A stretch of DNA of 64,000 nucleotides from Takakia lepidozioides (Eukaryota; Plantae; Bryophyta), in NCBI GenBank assembly GCA_030704615.1, contig CM060731.1:56048001-56112000 (forward strand). Reading direction: 5' to 3'. A model generated the notes under the pieces. It did not search any database, was not told the DNA's origin, and was given only the letters and a program-made list of their open reading frames with translations. Positions within the stretch are counted from its first letter, which is position 1, and each line of letters begins with the position of its first letter. Below, one piece after another: positions 60,909 to 64,000 of the stretch. The position numbers and the translations under genes are program-made.

Positions 60909-63900
60909 GCAGTCAGTGTGCGTGCAAGCATACACTGAGGCGAAGTAACTCGATTGCAGGCCTAACTTACATCCGGGCCCCACACAGTGTGGCTGTAACG
61001 GTCCAAGGTCACTCGACAGGTTGGTGGGTGTACTGCTTGCCACAGGCTGTCTCTCCTTCAGTGTTGACTCTAACGCTACAACTGGCAGTCATCCTCTCGG
61101 AAACCTTGTAATCTTTCTACTACACACAGATTTTTGGTTAAGTTGGGTTTCAGGGTTTCGGGATCAGCTTCCTGCAGTCAGATCAGGGTGAAAGAATCGC
61201 CAACCAGAACTACAACAACAGGCACAGAATCTGGTATTTGAAATTCTCTTGCACCGGCAAGTTGGTTGCATTTGGCCATGTCATCGGCCGTCAAAGCCCA
61301 GTGGAGATGTTTTGTTTTACATTCCACAGGATGGCCCTTTGTGATGAGGGTGGTACATATCAGGACTATCATGTTCAGGGTGAACTGATTTCACATCCAT
61401 CTGAAACCCATCCTGGAATCCTCGCCATCTATATTTTCTACAACAGAGGGTATCATCCCCACCATCCAGTATGAACCGACAGCTGCTAATACAATATTTG
61501 ACTCCAAGATCGCAAACATTGGCGAACAATAGAACAGACTAAAAAAACTAAGGAACAATAAATGGTTTAGGAATTGATGGAAGCAAACTAAATTGTGGTA
61601 GAATGATTGACAAGTAAGTTAGTTGAATTTGATGACCTTCTTTTGGTGATTGACTGAGAGAGACACATCGTCAGCTCAATTATTATCCATGGGAACCCAA
61701 CACGCAGAGGGGAGAAACTTGGGTGACCATTAACTGCCCTGGACAACCTGCTCTGGTCCTGACTCACTCAGGCTCAATAATTTCCAACTTTTCCAAAGCC
61801 CAATTACGACACTTTGAAAATTTTAAAAACTTGAATACAAAATGGGTGTCTGTGCTACAACTGCTGGCAGCGTGTCGCTGCCAAATTCCCACGGTTTTTT
61901 TCTCTTGGCGAGTTTTGGTGGCGGGGGGGCTCCTACCTCACTAACGGAAAACGAAGGTGGTATGTTTCGCCGAAACAGGAGGATGAACGAGAGGTGGTCG
62001 CCAGAAAATCAGTCCGACTGCCATCGTGGATCTGTTACAACGTGCCCCCTGTCATGTGTTTACCTTTCTAGAGGTGCCAGCTCGGTAATTTTGCCACCTG
62101 GCGCGGGGTAGAATACAAAGGTGGCCCGGTCGCGCTAGTGCTTTTGGAAAATGGAGAAAAAACGCTGCTTGCAATGATCCTTTGGTTTGAAAGGCGTCTC
62201 GTGGGTTGGTGAAAGTGCATGTGGAGCTTTGATTAAGGCAGCAGTATCCCCGGCGAGAGGAAGATCCAATGGATGATGTCAAGAAGTGAACAGCGGGTGA
62301 GGTTGCAGAAAGCCATGTTCAGAGTCGCTGGCAATAAATGTAACGTTGGCTCACACGTTCAAGTTTGTAGTTGGGGCCATGTTCTCATTAAGGAGCCAGG
62401 ATCCTGCCAAGCTCAGGAGTCTTACACGGACTGGGGTGGCAGTTAATTCTTTGTGGTACTGCATGGAGGAAACTTATGAAACTTGGAATAAATCGAATGG
62501 ATGTAGGTGTTCACTGTTGAATTAACCCATCGTGTACACATTTTTGCAGTAGTGGGTGCCGAGATTGCAACTGCTGACAGTTGCAATTTCTTCTTTCCTA
62601 AAATCGGCAACTCGTATGTAATATGTACATGTTGCAGAGCACGTACAATGCCCTGTACCGTTCTTAATCCTCCTTCACCTTTAGGCCAATCATTTAGATT
62701 GCATGCGGACCGCTCCTGCTTTAGCTGTGACAGTGGTAAATATTGCTCCCCAATTCCATGGCTATACCCCCATGTCACGTAAGTACCCATCTGGTACTTG
62801 CGTTTCCACCTACTGCAGTCGTAGCGATGGCCGCGCAAGAGTCACAAAAACAAAGGGTTGGGTATTGTAATGCTTGCAGTCCAGAGGTGCAGAGCTATAT
62901 GAAATGTAGCACTTTGTGCCCTACGCCAGGATCGAAAGTATTCCATAATAGTCCTGACAGCTCTCCGTTGTAGATTTTCTCCTCACTTATTTAAGTCATT
63001 AGCTTGGCAACTCTTACAGTACTTACATGTGATGATGGAATGCGGTAACGTTGTTACATTGTTGCGCGCTCGAGCATGATTATTAGTAGCTAGCTGGGCA
63101 CGATGACCTGGGGCATGTCTACAGGTGGTTGGTAAATAGGACTGATGAAGACTGTAAATCAGTGCTCATGTCATCTCCGTTTAAATTTCAGTTCAATTTC
63201 TTACTTGAAAAGTGGAACGATTCCTGTAGGCTGATAAAAGTTAAGACTCTCTGGCACGAGTGCATACTTAGTTGCCCGGAGCCCTGCGCAGTTAGAAGTT
63301 AGAACCCTGGTGCCATCTTGATTTCGTAAAGTTCAAGTATAGATATGAACTTTTCCGCAAATTATAATTCTGAATATTCTGTCCCCAGACGGTGTTCCAG
63401 GTCTGCCCTGGTCAAAATGAGCTGCCGGATCAAGCATGGCCGAGCGGAGTAGCTCCTGAGGGGCCGGAAATGATGTAACCAAGCTCTGGGAAAAGCATCG
63501 CTAAGACCCAAGAGATACAATCGTCTAATACCTCGACACAGCTACTTGCAACTAAACAAACTTGTCTTCAGGAAGGTACAGGCAAACAGTTATCAGGCAT
63601 AATAGCCTGCAGGTTGGTACTGAACTTTATGTACAACCGTGTGATCAAACGCCAGGTGTACCCTCTCTTAATCAGTACATGAAAGCTGGGTGCGATTATC
63701 GAAGTTGCTCACGGTGCTCCAATTACCTACATTGCATACATTAGCTTCATTCAACTGACCAACTCCACGTCTAGATTCAATCTCGATGAGACTGCTGTCA
63801 ACTCAGACTCTCTTGTCTCTTTCTCTTCAGCTACTTGTGAGCTAAAGATAACCTATGGCACCAGGACCCTATCACTCACGTCCAGCTGTTTTTTTTTTCA

Positions 63901-64000
63901 CTTTTCCAAAATGGTTGGCGGGGCCACATGTGAATTCTATCCAGTGCGGATGTGGTGAGAATAACGAGGTGGCAGGACTAGTCCCTACATTTCCAGGATG

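Noticed and set aside
61100-64000. Short ORFs suggesting decayed coding sequence
   Set aside because: No recognisable protein motif in any frame read by eye.

Overview
Repeat-rich nuclear DNA of a land plant. A bryophyte or other seed-free lineage is inferred from the PLS-DYW PPR cluster and the repeat types; it is not proven. The most notable feature (~0.6-8.5 kb, minus strand) is a decayed Ty3/gypsy LTR retrotransposon with polyprotein order Gag - Zn knuckles - protease - DNMT3-like C5 cytosine methyltransferase - RT - RNase H - integrase - PHD finger, so the retroelement carries both a DNA-methylation writer and a histone reader. Next come an RPL29 fragment and an intronless TAA1/TAR aminotransferase pseudogene. 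The TAR copy is split by a young 12.3-kb Ty3/gypsy element (11169-23458, GCAAC target-site duplication) that has extra ORFs on both sides of gag-pol. The 28.7-46.2 kb region is a birth-and-death cluster of PLS-E-DYW RNA-editing PPR genes: one intact 1136-aa gene with near-identical 303-bp repeats, plus three disrupted paralogues. The rest is a mosaic of a Helitron Rep fragment, a B3 fragment, spaced 24-bp palindromes, a 26S rRNA fragment, a further PPR fragment, an orphan stearoyl-ACP desaturase exon and a small extensin-like gene. All calls come from reading the sequence and recognising motifs; no searches were run.
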